A stretch of 64,000 nucleotides of DNA from Leptolyngbyaceae cyanobacterium (lineage in GTDB: Bacteria > Cyanobacteriota > Cyanobacteriia > Phormidesmidales > Phormidesmidaceae). This document shows positions 20,301 to 28,256 of the stretch, in pieces. How positions within the stretch are numbered: position 1 is the stretch's first letter; each line of letters starts with the position of its first letter. Under the pieces are notes generated by a model, which saw only the letters and a list, made by a program, of their open reading frames with translations, ran no database searches and was not told where the DNA came from. Location: the NCBI GenBank assembly GCA_965263355.1, contig CBDHHL010000056.1, positions 1,056,001-1,120,000 of the forward strand. The letters run 5' to 3'. Both the position numbers and the translations under genes were made by a program.

Positions 20301-20735
20301 TTGTCGAGCGACGTGGATAGCCGGTAGCCAAATGTCTTCAAAGGGAATAGGATGGTCTGGATCGGTGGGCCAGGGAAAGATGGGGGCTGATACGTCAGTG
20401 GAGGTGGTTTGGACGATGTGTCGTAGGGTATCTGTCCAGGGGGGTAGAGAGTGCTCTGGAGCAAGCTGAACGTCGCCTAGATAGGGACGTACAGTATCCA
20501 GGGTAAGTCCATCCCACTGGAGGCGTTTGTCTAAAATGTCTCGTTGATTTTCATGGGCTACGGTTTGACACCAGCGATCGCACCGTCGATCAATCTCTGT
20601 TTGGCTGTTTTGATCGGGGTTGGGGATATAGCGATCGCTATCCAGTCGTTCCCAAAGAAAGCTGGCATCGGCAACAATCCGAGCCAGCTCAGCATCGGTT
20701 AAGTGAGCCTTTTCCATGATCAATGTATGAGACAT
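17391..20735 (-). CDS. lanM: Class II lanthipeptide synthetase LanM (ProcM-like, CCG motif)
   Basis: Dehydratase motifs SDPH, YKPK, TDCHYENL, IDMET; cyclase motifs GFSHGAAG, WCHGAAG and HLCCGNLG. Confidence 0.95.
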   Translation of the reverse strand: MSHTLIMEKAHLTDAELARIVADASFLWERLDSDRYIPNPDQNSQTEIDRRCDRWCQTVAHENQRDILDKRLQWDGLTLDTVRPYLGDVQLAPEHSLPPWTDTLRHIVQTTSTDVSAPIFPWPTDPDHPIPFEDIWLPAIHVARQRLLTRLGASQLNPAALPISVLSDQAYIPLERALLQRLSGLSNQTLNFEFAKDRSFGQNLLNLLGIEDPESGISNSQYQQFVQELLQDGLIHFFQNYPVLGRLVAVAVDLWVDATTEFIQRLTQDYGEIQQQFLSENSTSTPLGKVTTIQTSLSDPHNQGRTVFLLAFDSGLKLVYKPKDLGLEVAWNQFLTWCNHHSQLLDFKVLQVLNREDYGWVEFVEHLPCTDADAVDRFYQRAGMLSCLIYVLRGTDCHYENLIASGEHLVLIDMETLLHHDANLIENSPEMDVLDTESAQLFQNSVLRTGLLPRWDFSADQRIANDISGLGHTEQRQHIRKLLRWQAINTDNMHLRSEMVTLPIEKNVPHLEDMPLSSNEYQAKIVDGFEQMYRFLRSQTSQLLATNGPLANLQHQRVRFILRATRIYFSLLRQACTPGYLKHGVDYSIELDHLSRAFVLANEKPDAWPLLQAERQAMEQLDIPFFTANTSDAVLPLNQGRTIANYFKQSSYQAVTEQIQTLNEASLAQQVAIIQGAFYAKVAQPMTIPGSHDNQSDITSDGPVLDHQQLIQAARDIATDLEARALQDDNGSLNWIGMGFVAQAERFQQQMLNDSLYDGRCGVALFFAALYQVTEDSHYRDLALRVIHPLNERLQVMDILSLQRYVRLMGLGGAGGVGSLIYSFIKISRFLEDETLLAYAQTLATGITPELIAADQSLDIISGAAGCILGLLSLYQVTDDAMVLQQAIACGNHLLSCQVTSVTDPKAWKTVAEKPLTGFSHGAAGIAYALLRLYAVTDDNRYREAALEGIAYERSVFSQSQANWPDLRDDNPTFLVQWCHGAAGIGLGRIGSMETIASAELEQDLHIALQTTEKQDIKAIDHLCCGNLGVAEVLLAGAQRYDHSIAPENHRWRQTALQIATAVVARAQQAGAYQLFANLPNSVFNPGFFQGTAGIGYQLLRLAHNELPSILLWK

Positions 20736-20931
20736 TTTAGCTGTCCTCTAAATGTACTTAAGTGGGATAAAAATTGAAGGATAGTAGTCAAGTATTAGAT
20801 GTCAGTGAGGTTCTGGATTCCGACACTTGATCCCCGACACCACACCTAGCCAGGGCTCCTGGCTTATGTTGATGCCTAAATTACTTTCTATGACAAACTT
20901 AGTTATTATTTTACTGAGAGGGGAGCACTGA

Positions 20932-20988
20932 CTGTCGTTACAGAAAATGTCTGGAAAACCAATAAAAATTGTCAGATAATGTCAGAAT
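20932..20988 (-). promoter_or_regulatory. Island box upstream of lanM
   Basis: Sense strand ccagacattttctgtaacgacag; auxiliary ttctgacattatctgaca; TAAAAT 19 bp downstream. Confidence 0.75.
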
Positions 20989-21075
20989 AGTTGGAGAACA
21001 AAACGCGTAGGTTAGTCTGACATAGACGATGTTCTCTTGACTTAGATTGAGAAGACGATTTATTTCTTGGGAGGA

Positions 21076-21103
21076 TGTGTCACGCATCGCGATACGTGAC
21101 ACA
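21076..21103 (-). terminator. Hairpin downstream of the Nif11-type precursor
   Basis: tgtgtcacg...cgtgacaca inverted repeat. Confidence 0.45.
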
Positions 21104-21178
21104 CCTAAATCATATCAGGTGGTGTATTAGGTTAACGCCTTAACACATTCTAAACCTGAGCTTATTAACTATACTTAC

Positions 21179-21460
21179 TTAGCAGACCGCCACGGCATTA
21201 GTTGGGAGACAGTTACTGCTTAGGTCAGCACTATTAATACAAATACGACCACCCGCAACGGCAAGCAAATCCTGCTCACCCAGTTCAGTGGGAGAGGTAA
21301 TCTGCTTTGTCATCATTTGAGAAATATTCTCAAGGGTGAAATCGTGTCCTTTATCTATGCCAGCATCCATGATTAGTGTAATCACCTCTGCTAGATTATT
21401 TGCTTCCTTGATTTGCTGAGACAATTGAGTATCGCCGAGCAATGTTTTGATTTGATTCAT
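21179..21460 (-). CDS. Nif11-like leader lanthipeptide precursor (LanA); core RICINSADLSSNCLPTNAVAVC
   Basis: Leader D.QL.QQIK.A....EVI......GHDFT.E...ELGEQDLLAVAGG; 22-aa core with 3 Cys and 4 Ser/Thr; AAGGAG RBS; next to lanM. Confidence 0.9.
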   Translation of the reverse strand: MNQIKTLLGDTQLSQQIKEANNLAEVITLIMDAGIDKGHDFTLENISQMMTKQITSPTELGEQDLLAVAGGRICINSADLSSNCLPTNAVAVC

Positions 21461-21614
21461 AACTTTTCTCCTTGTTTAATATTGTGAGAGTTTCTGAGTT
21501 CAAGATTTCTCTTTTGCTCACCACCATTATAGCCATGACCCAAGAGAACGAGAAGAGTAAAAAGAGTTTTTTGAGATTATTTTTGAGATTATTTTTATTC
21601 AGCCTCAAACATGA

Positions 21615-21650
21615 AAACTACTGCGCTAAAGCTATTTAGCGCAGTAGTTT
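21615..21650 (-). terminator. 16-bp perfect stem hairpin, terminator-like
   Basis: aaactactgcgctaaa-gcta-tttagcgcagtagttt; T-rich 3' side on the minus strand. Confidence 0.6.
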
Positions 21651-21964
21651 GTTGTTGCAACAGAAGATAGATGGGGTCTACATAGATATAGTCACACTGT
21701 TTTAGAGGAATGTTTTAATGGAATGTTTTAATGGAGAAGCTAACTAGTGTAAGGTGACTCCTCGTCTAAGGTTTTTTCCATAACTTCTTTGAAAAGTGCA
21801 AATGCCTATGGAGAATTACTTGCAGAACAGATTGATGATTGCTTCCCGTAGGAGTTATTTCTAATATAATCAATATTTGGTTAAAGATCAGTTGGCTGAG
21901 ATATGTAAGAGTGCGTTCTGCTATTTATGCACCTTAGTAATCACTTTACCAAGCATGAGACTGA

Positions 21965-22017
21965 CTGTCGTTGCAGGAAATGTCTGGAAAGCGACAAAAA
22001 GTCAGACGATGTCAGGA
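21965..22017 (-). promoter_or_regulatory. Island box with -10 (TAAAGT at 17 bp)
   Basis: Sense strand ccagacatttcctgcaacgacag; auxiliary tcctgacatcgtctgac. Confidence 0.72.
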
Positions 22018-22143
22018 TGACTAGAAAATAAAGAAGGCTATGCAGACATTGCTCGCCTCACATAGCCTTCTCCAGGCTGGAATTGTTGGGATGATAGAAG
22101 GTTTGGTGGAGAGTGAGGGAGGTATGAGGAGGGTTGTCCCAAA

Positions 22144-22265
22144 CTAACGAACCCTGAGCAGATCCGACATAATCCAACCAGTGTTGCAAGCGACTAAATT
22201 AGTCAGGAGAGTCCAACTGAATAACAATTCCCTGACTGAGGATATCCATAGAGTTTATATATCAT
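22144..22265 (-). pseudogene. Glutathione S-transferase remnant (internal deletion)
   Basis: MIYKLYGYPQSGNCY resembles the GST N-terminus (KLYG...SGNCYKV) and stops early; LQHWLDYVGSAQG follows shortly after and resembles a GST C-terminal helix. Confidence 0.5.
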
Positions 22266-23700
22266 GCTCCTGTTTCCATTGATTAACAATGGTCTGGAGA
22301 GTTTGTTGATTAAGTTTTCCCTGGGCATTTCTAGGCAGGCTATCAACGGGGACCCACAGCTTAGGGCACTTAAAACGAGCAATGGTGTCCTGCAGAGCGG
22401 CACAGATCTCTTGGGCTACCAGGGTAGAGGTATAAGGCACATAGACCGCTGTGACACATTGCCCCCAGTAAGGATGTGGCATCCCCAGGACCGCCACATC
22501 GGTCACCAGGCCAGTAGCCCGAATGGCTGCCTCAACTTCAGCTGGAAACACATTTTCGCCACCGGTAATAATTTTGTTACTAAGGCGACCTACTAGGGTG
22601 AGATAACCTTGCTCATCCAGGTATCCCGCATCATCAGTTTTGAAAACAGTTGGTAAGTGGGGATTCTCTATGGACGTTTGTCCACTCCATCCATGGGGAT
22701 AGTAGCCCAGGGCTAAGGAATCCGCTACAATCTGAACCTGCCCCAGAGTCCCGGCAGCAACAGGCTGTCCCTGATCATCCACAATGGTCACCTGGGCATG
22801 GGGCAGCACTTGCCCGACACTTTGGTTGCCCGCCAAAAAATCGGTTGGTTTCAAGGTGGCAATTTGGGCAGCGGTTTCTGTTGCACCATAGCAAGGGGCC
22901 AGGGGCAGACGATTTGAACGAGCCTGGGTAAGTAATTGTGGCCAACTGGGGGCACCACCCAGCAAAATGGTTTTGCATTGGCTTAACCATTGAGCCAATG
23001 CTGGCTGAGCCAGCAATGCTTGCAACTGAGTAGGGACCAGGGAAATAAACCACTCCGATGGGTCAACCGGTAATGCCTGCCCTGTCTTAAGGGCCTTAAA
23101 CGTCATGAGCTGTAGCCTTCCTCCGGAGAGAAAAGAACGCATAAATTGCATTAAGCCACTAACGTGATAAAGGGGTAGAACACATAGGGAATTGACGGTA
23201 TCTATTTGGAAATAGTGCTGAAAGCCATACGCTGCTGCTGCCAGTGTGTCCCAACGATGTATGACAAATCGAATGGTGCCTGAGGATCCCCCAGTTGGAA
23301 TCAAGATTAGATTTTCATCGTGACTTGATGGGTTGAGGGATAATGGCGTGACCCCCTCCGTAAGACCAACGTTTTGACCAGCAGATTGTTGCTTAAAATA
23401 ATCACAATTTCCCCATATCTGGTCTGGTTGGGCAATGGCCAGAGCCTGTTGCCATTCCATCATTCCCCATTGAGAATTACCGAGAAATACCTGAGGATAA
23501 GTGGCCTGAGCCGCCAGGAATCCAGCCAGAAAACGCGTAGGGTCTGGTTCTGCCAACAGGATAGATTGCCCATGGCCAGTTTTCTTGACTGTCGCAAATT
23601 CTTGGGCAAGCGTCTCAACTAGGGTCAGAAATGCTTGGGCATCCTGTCCCACTAGCCAGTTATCCCGAGTTCGTTTTTTCAATAGGTCTAATGTGTTCAC
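22255..23700 (-). CDS. menE: O-succinylbenzoate-CoA ligase (cyanobacterial type)
   Basis: IPTGGSSG, LPLYHVSGLMQFMRSF, YGATET, IITGGENVFPAEVE and LPRNAQGK adenylation motifs; downstream of menD. Confidence 0.85.
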   Translation of the reverse strand: MNTLDLLKKRTRDNWLVGQDAQAFLTLVETLAQEFATVKKTGHGQSILLAEPDPTRFLAGFLAAQATYPQVFLGNSQWGMMEWQQALAIAQPDQIWGNCDYFKQQSAGQNVGLTEGVTPLSLNPSSHDENLILIPTGGSSGTIRFVIHRWDTLAAAAYGFQHYFQIDTVNSLCVLPLYHVSGLMQFMRSFLSGGRLQLMTFKALKTGQALPVDPSEWFISLVPTQLQALLAQPALAQWLSQCKTILLGGAPSWPQLLTQARSNRLPLAPCYGATETAAQIATLKPTDFLAGNQSVGQVLPHAQVTIVDDQGQPVAAGTLGQVQIVADSLALGYYPHGWSGQTSIENPHLPTVFKTDDAGYLDEQGYLTLVGRLSNKIITGGENVFPAEVEAAIRATGLVTDVAVLGMPHPYWGQCVTAVYVPYTSTLVAQEICAALQDTIARFKCPKLWVPVDSLPRNAQGKLNQQTLQTIVNQWKQEHDI

Positions 23701-23774
23701 CGATTGATACCTGAGAGATTTACCCTAATCAGGGGACTTCATCGGCCCCCACAATATGTTGATCTATCTTGGAT

Positions 23775-25565
23775 TTAGATGGGGAAAGCAATAGGCTGTA
23801 GTGCTTTCACAATTTGCTGCTGTAATGTTTGGTGTAGGGCCAGATTCTCACGGCGATTGGTGGCCACCTCAATGACGGCAGAACATTGATGATCTAGGGC
23901 TGTTTTATAAACCTGGGTGAATTCTGTTACTGTTTGAGGACAATAATAGTCGAGATTAAACATCTGGCTGACCGCCTTAAATGTGAACCCATGGGGGGCA
24001 CCAAAATAGGATTCGAATACATCGTCACATTGGGCGACGGGTAAAAAGGAGAAGATGCCGCCACCATCGTTGTTAATGACGATAACAATCACTGGTTGGG
24101 CCAGGCCCTTTAGGATTGCCAGGGAATTCAGGTCATGTAATAGGGATAAGTCTCCCACTAACAGGGTTACCGGTGTTTGTCTTCCCATAGCAAATCCGGC
24201 AGCAGCGGCGATCGCACCTTCAATTCCACTGGTACCGCGATCGCAACCCACTATCCTGGTATTGCCGTCAGGAGCACCGTACATATCCATATCGCGGATT
24301 GGCATACTGTTGGCTAAATAAAGACCATGGTCAGGGGGAAGTTGGCGGGATACCAACCGAGCAATGGCCGGTTCATTGATAGTAGGTTGAGATTGGAGAA
24401 CTTGATCAATGATCTGGTGAATGCGTTGAGATGCGTTTATCAGTTCCGTTACCCAGGCTTCAACACTCCGGGTATGGATTTGAGGCAATAACAGCTTCGT
24501 TAGATAACTCAGATCAGCATCTAGCCGCAAGGAGACCGTGTGGGCAGGATCATGGCGCTCAGGGTTGTTGGCAATTACAATATGGTATTGTGGCTGGCCG
24601 GCTAACCATTGTAAAAAGCGTTTAGAAATCAGTCGCCCCCCAATCTGCAACACTGTGTCCACTGACCATTGTTGATAGTTTTCTAGCAACCAGAGCTGAT
24701 CAAAATAGGGAACAATTGTTGGCAATGTACTATTTAACCGTAGACCTGATTGAATATCAGCAAACACTGGCCAGTTCAAATGTTTAGCCAGGGTCAACAC
24801 CGCTTGTTGCTCGGTCTCATTCGCCAGTTGTCCCACCACCAGTAGTCCCCGTCGGGTCTGATTTAGGATCTCCGCCAGGTTAGCAACATCTGAGGCTAGG
24901 GGAACTGTGACCGATTGTCCATAGTGACTGTAAGCAGTGGACCGGGCCAGCCAGTTTTGTAAGGGCGCTAAATAGTCTCTCTCAAACAGCTCACCCATTT
25001 CAGTTTCAACCGTTTGAACTGTGGGAGCTAAGGGCTCTCGAAATTGGCAATTGAGATGGACAGGACCGCCGGGAGCACGGCAGGCACGATAGACAGCCTG
25101 GTCAACCGTGGTTAAGAGCATCTGGGGGGCGATTTGGAGATCTGGACAGGGTAGTTCAAACTCCCATCGAACATGGTGTCCGTACAAGTGTGTTTGCCGA
25201 ATGGTTTGATTGGCTCCAGTTTGCCTTAGCTCTGGGGGGCGGTCGGCGGACAGAATAATTAGAGGCACGGCATCTGTCGCTGCCTCAATTACTGCTGGGT
25301 AATAGTTGGCGGCAGCGGTACCTGAGGTACACACGAGCACCGCTGGCTGGCCCGTAGCCCGAGCATAGCCCAATGCATGGAAGGCGGCGGCCCGTTCATC
25401 GAAGCATACGATCGTTTGTGCCTGGGCATGGCGTGCGATCTCAATCGTCAGGGGTGTGGAACGAGATCCCAGTGAGATAACGAAATAAGCAATATTATTT
25501 CTGACCAGTTCTTCAATCAATAGAGAGCCCCAAAGACTATTGATGTTGGCAGTATTAATGGCCAT
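23775..25565 (-). CDS. menD: SEPHCHC synthase (ThDP-dependent)
   Basis: GSRSTPL, DERAAAF, CTSGTAAAN, ADRPPEL, GANQTI, NSMPIRD, GDLSLLHDLNSL, NNDGGGIF. ORF extends to 25595. Confidence 0.92.
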   Translation of the reverse strand: MAINTANINSLWGSLLIEELVRNNIAYFVISLGSRSTPLTIEIARHAQAQTIVCFDERAAAFHALGYARATGQPAVLVCTSGTAAANYYPAVIEAATDAVPLIILSADRPPELRQTGANQTIRQTHLYGHHVRWEFELPCPDLQIAPQMLLTTVDQAVYRACRAPGGPVHLNCQFREPLAPTVQTVETEMGELFERDYLAPLQNWLARSTAYSHYGQSVTVPLASDVANLAEILNQTRRGLLVVGQLANETEQQAVLTLAKHLNWPVFADIQSGLRLNSTLPTIVPYFDQLWLLENYQQWSVDTVLQIGGRLISKRFLQWLAGQPQYHIVIANNPERHDPAHTVSLRLDADLSYLTKLLLPQIHTRSVEAWVTELINASQRIHQIIDQVLQSQPTINEPAIARLVSRQLPPDHGLYLANSMPIRDMDMYGAPDGNTRIVGCDRGTSGIEGAIAAAAGFAMGRQTPVTLLVGDLSLLHDLNSLAILKGLAQPVIVIVINNDGGGIFSFLPVAQCDDVFESYFGAPHGFTFKAVSQMFNLDYYCPQTVTEFTQVYKTALDHQCSAVIEVATNRRENLALHQTLQQQIVKALQPIAFPI

Positions 25566-25639
25566 AGTCGGTAATTTAGACAATTTTAGCTTCAATTTTA
25601 GAGTCGATTGTTAATGGTTTACTATTGTGTGTCTCGGAG

Positions 25640-25803
25640 TTCAATGTCGTTGACGACTAACCCTGAGCGAAGGCCACTGCAAATTCAGTGGTATCATTGC
25701 TAACCCAGCCCACAGGGACCACGTATCACCCCCGTTCAAATGGTTTCAGTTGCTCAATAGGCTGCCCATACCGGTTGTTTGGGATACCCCCCCACAGCGG
25801 GGG
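25640..25803 (-). pseudogene. menF: Isochorismate synthase C-terminal remnant
   Basis: Across two frameshifts and one stop the minus strand reads PAVGGYP / IEQLKPFERG*YVVPVGWVSNDTTEFAVA / RSGLV, matching the chorismate-binding C-terminus (PAVGG.P...E.F.RGWY.GPVGW...EFAVA.RS); directly upstream of menD. Confidence 0.8.
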
Positions 25804-25901
25804 AAAGACTAGAATACTCTCCGAGAAACGCAAGGTTCTACAGAATATATGCCCTTTCTAGTTTCCGGTTGCTGTATTCTAACTTCTAGCTGTTGATATT
25901 C

Positions 25902-28103
25902 CTAAACGGCCTGAATCAATTGAGTGTAGATCCCATTGCGTTGCCATAAGGTGTCATGGGTGCCCTGCTCGGCTACTTTGCCATTGTCTAAAACAACAAT
26001 CTGATCACAATCTCGAATGGTACTCAGACGATGGGCCACTATCACATGGGTGCAGCCACGCTGTTGTAGATTATGGCTAATGCGCTGTTCAGTTTCAGCA
26101 TCCAGGGCACTGGTCGCTTCATCCATTACCAAAATTGAAGGATTATGAACCAATGCACGGGCAATTTCTAGGCGTTGGCGTTGTCCGCCGCTGAGATTGT
26201 GTCCCCCTTCCATTAACTCACCCTGAAATCCGCCAGGAATAGTGTGTACTGCTTCAGTGATCAAAGCATCGTCACAGGCTTGGATAAGTTGTGGTTCTGC
26301 CACGCGATGATCCCATAGGGTGAGGTTGTCACGAATGGTACCGCCAAATAAAAAGATATCCTGTTCCACCAGTGCCAGAGATCTGGCCAGAATCGGTCGA
26401 GGGATAGCCGTTATGGGCACACCATCCAGTAAAATTTCGCCGGACCAGGGCTGATAGAGACCACAGATAAGTTTAGCCAGCGTCGATTTACCCGAGCCGC
26501 TGCCCCCTACCAGAGCTAAACGTTCTCCAGGTTGCAGGGTGAGATTAAAATTTTCTAGTAAAGGTGGTGCAACCCGAGAATATCCAAAGGTAACCTGACG
26601 CAGTTCAAGATGACCGCTCAGCTGTTGCGTCTCTGACCATTGCTGAAGAGCTTTTGGTGAGGACTCGATCAATGGTGACTGTAGTTTGCGATCGCTAACA
26701 TCAACCATTGGATCTAACGGATGTTGCAAAACATCTTCTAAAGACGTTAGGTTACCATCTAGTTCCTGTAGACGACTGCCAAAATTAACTAAATCGGTAA
26801 CTGGCATTTGAAACTGTTGCATCAAATGTTGAAACGCCACCACCATACCAATGGTCATTTCACCATTCATAACCCGAAGTCCCCCTATTAGCAAGATTAA
26901 CAATGTTGTTAAAGCCGTTAAAAAAATAGGTAAAATTCCGAGGTTTTGGTTGGAGAGTTCAAGGTCCTGCTGGGTGTTAACTACCTTGGCATAATACCCA
27001 GCCCAGCGAGTAAAAAAGTCGGACTCCATGGCAGAGGCCTTAATGGTTTCTATATTCTTGAGTCCAGTAATGGCCACACTCTGGGCTTTGCCTCTATCCA
27101 ACTGTAACTTGAGGCTAGCATCAATGCGGTGGCGAGAAATCCATTGGAGTACCAACACATTGAGAACGGAAAATACAATCCCAATAATCGTTAGTAGACC
27201 ATCGTAAGCAAACATAATTCCGGCATAGAAAATCAGCATAACACTGCTGATAATGGTGGTGGCCAGTTGTCCAGAGAGGACATCGGCAACTCGATTGTTA
27301 ATCTGCAGACGATTGACCACTTCTCCGGCTAAGCGATGGGCATAAAAGTCCACAGGCAACCGTAGGCTTTGCCAGAGAAAATGACTGGACATGGTGGTGG
27401 CCAGTTTAATCTTGAGTTGTCGCAAAAAGCGTAGTTGTAGCAGCGACAGGATGATTTGGATTGTCAGCGTAAGGAGCATGGCCAGAATTAATGGCCGGAA
27501 CCACTCAGTACGATGGTCAATTAAAATCTGATCGACAAAAATTTGGCTAAAAACCGGTAAAATAATATTGGGAACCGTCAGGAGAAAGCCAGCAATAACA
27601 CAGTAGAGAATCGTCCCTCTAGAGGCCCGCAGACGATCGTTTAAGGCTTTTACTAAATTGGGTTTATGTCCCCCTGGCTGAAAATTGGGTCCTGGGTTTA
27701 AGGTGAGAAGCACTCCAGTAAAGGCTGCGTCAAACTCCTTGAAAGAAACACTGCGGGGACCTGTCGCTGGGTCGTTAATAAATACGCGATCGCGACCAAT
27801 CCCCTCAATTACAACAAAGTGGCCAAAATTCCAGAATACAATGTAGGGGGGCTTAAACTGACTGAGTTGTTCCAGTTCTGCTTTGTAACCATTGGCCTCC
27901 AGACCATAGCGCTGAGCTGCTTTAATAATGTTGCTAGCTTTACTCCCGTCCCGAGAAACCCCGCACTCCACCCGCAACTCGGTCAGGGGAACAATCCGTT
28001 TATAGTAGGCCAAAATAATGCCCAGGGTAGCTGCTCCACATTCCACCATTTCCATTTGAAGTAGGGTGGGAGTAGGTACTCGTTTTGGTTGTAAAAAAAG
28101 CAC
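25902..28103 (-). CDS. NHLP-family peptidase-containing ABC transporter (C39 peptidase/permease/ATPase)
   Basis: QMEMVECGAA (Cys), HFVV (His), NDP; GGSGSGKS, LSGGQRQR, DEATSALD. GTG start at 28103 with GGAG RBS (ORF extends to 28211). Confidence 0.93.
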   Translation of the reverse strand: MLFLQPKRVPTPTLLQMEMVECGAATLGIILAYYKRIVPLTELRVECGVSRDGSKASNIIKAAQRYGLEANGYKAELEQLSQFKPPYIVFWNFGHFVVIEGIGRDRVFINDPATGPRSVSFKEFDAAFTGVLLTLNPGPNFQPGGHKPNLVKALNDRLRASRGTILYCVIAGFLLTVPNIILPVFSQIFVDQILIDHRTEWFRPLILAMLLTLTIQIILSLLQLRFLRQLKIKLATTMSSHFLWQSLRLPVDFYAHRLAGEVVNRLQINNRVADVLSGQLATTIISSVMLIFYAGIMFAYDGLLTIIGIVFSVLNVLVLQWISRHRIDASLKLQLDRGKAQSVAITGLKNIETIKASAMESDFFTRWAGYYAKVVNTQQDLELSNQNLGILPIFLTALTTLLILLIGGLRVMNGEMTIGMVVAFQHLMQQFQMPVTDLVNFGSRLQELDGNLTSLEDVLQHPLDPMVDVSDRKLQSPLIESSPKALQQWSETQQLSGHLELRQVTFGYSRVAPPLLENFNLTLQPGERLALVGGSGSGKSTLAKLICGLYQPWSGEILLDGVPITAIPRPILARSLALVEQDIFLFGGTIRDNLTLWDHRVAEPQLIQACDDALITEAVHTIPGGFQGELMEGGHNLSGGQRQRLEIARALVHNPSILVMDEATSALDAETEQRISHNLQQRGCTHVIVAHRLSTIRDCDQIVVLDNGKVAEQGTHDTLWQRNGIYTQLIQAV

Positions 28104-28201
28104 AATGCTTGGTCTCCAAGAGAGTTTGCAAAAGATAGGTGTCAGAAAATGTCTAATACCAAACCCGAGTTCATTAACCCCGATAAAAAATACATCAGTC
28201 C

Positions 28202-28228
28202 GTAGGGGCAATCCCTTGTGGTTGCCCT
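28202..28228 (+). repeat. GTAG-type REP-like short palindrome
   Basis: gtaggggcaatcccttgtggttgccct; near-identical copy at 41057-41083 (-), related copy at 35765-35790 (-). Confidence 0.65.
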
Positions 28229-28256
28229 GTAATATTGGGTGCAGGTAGAATAAACT

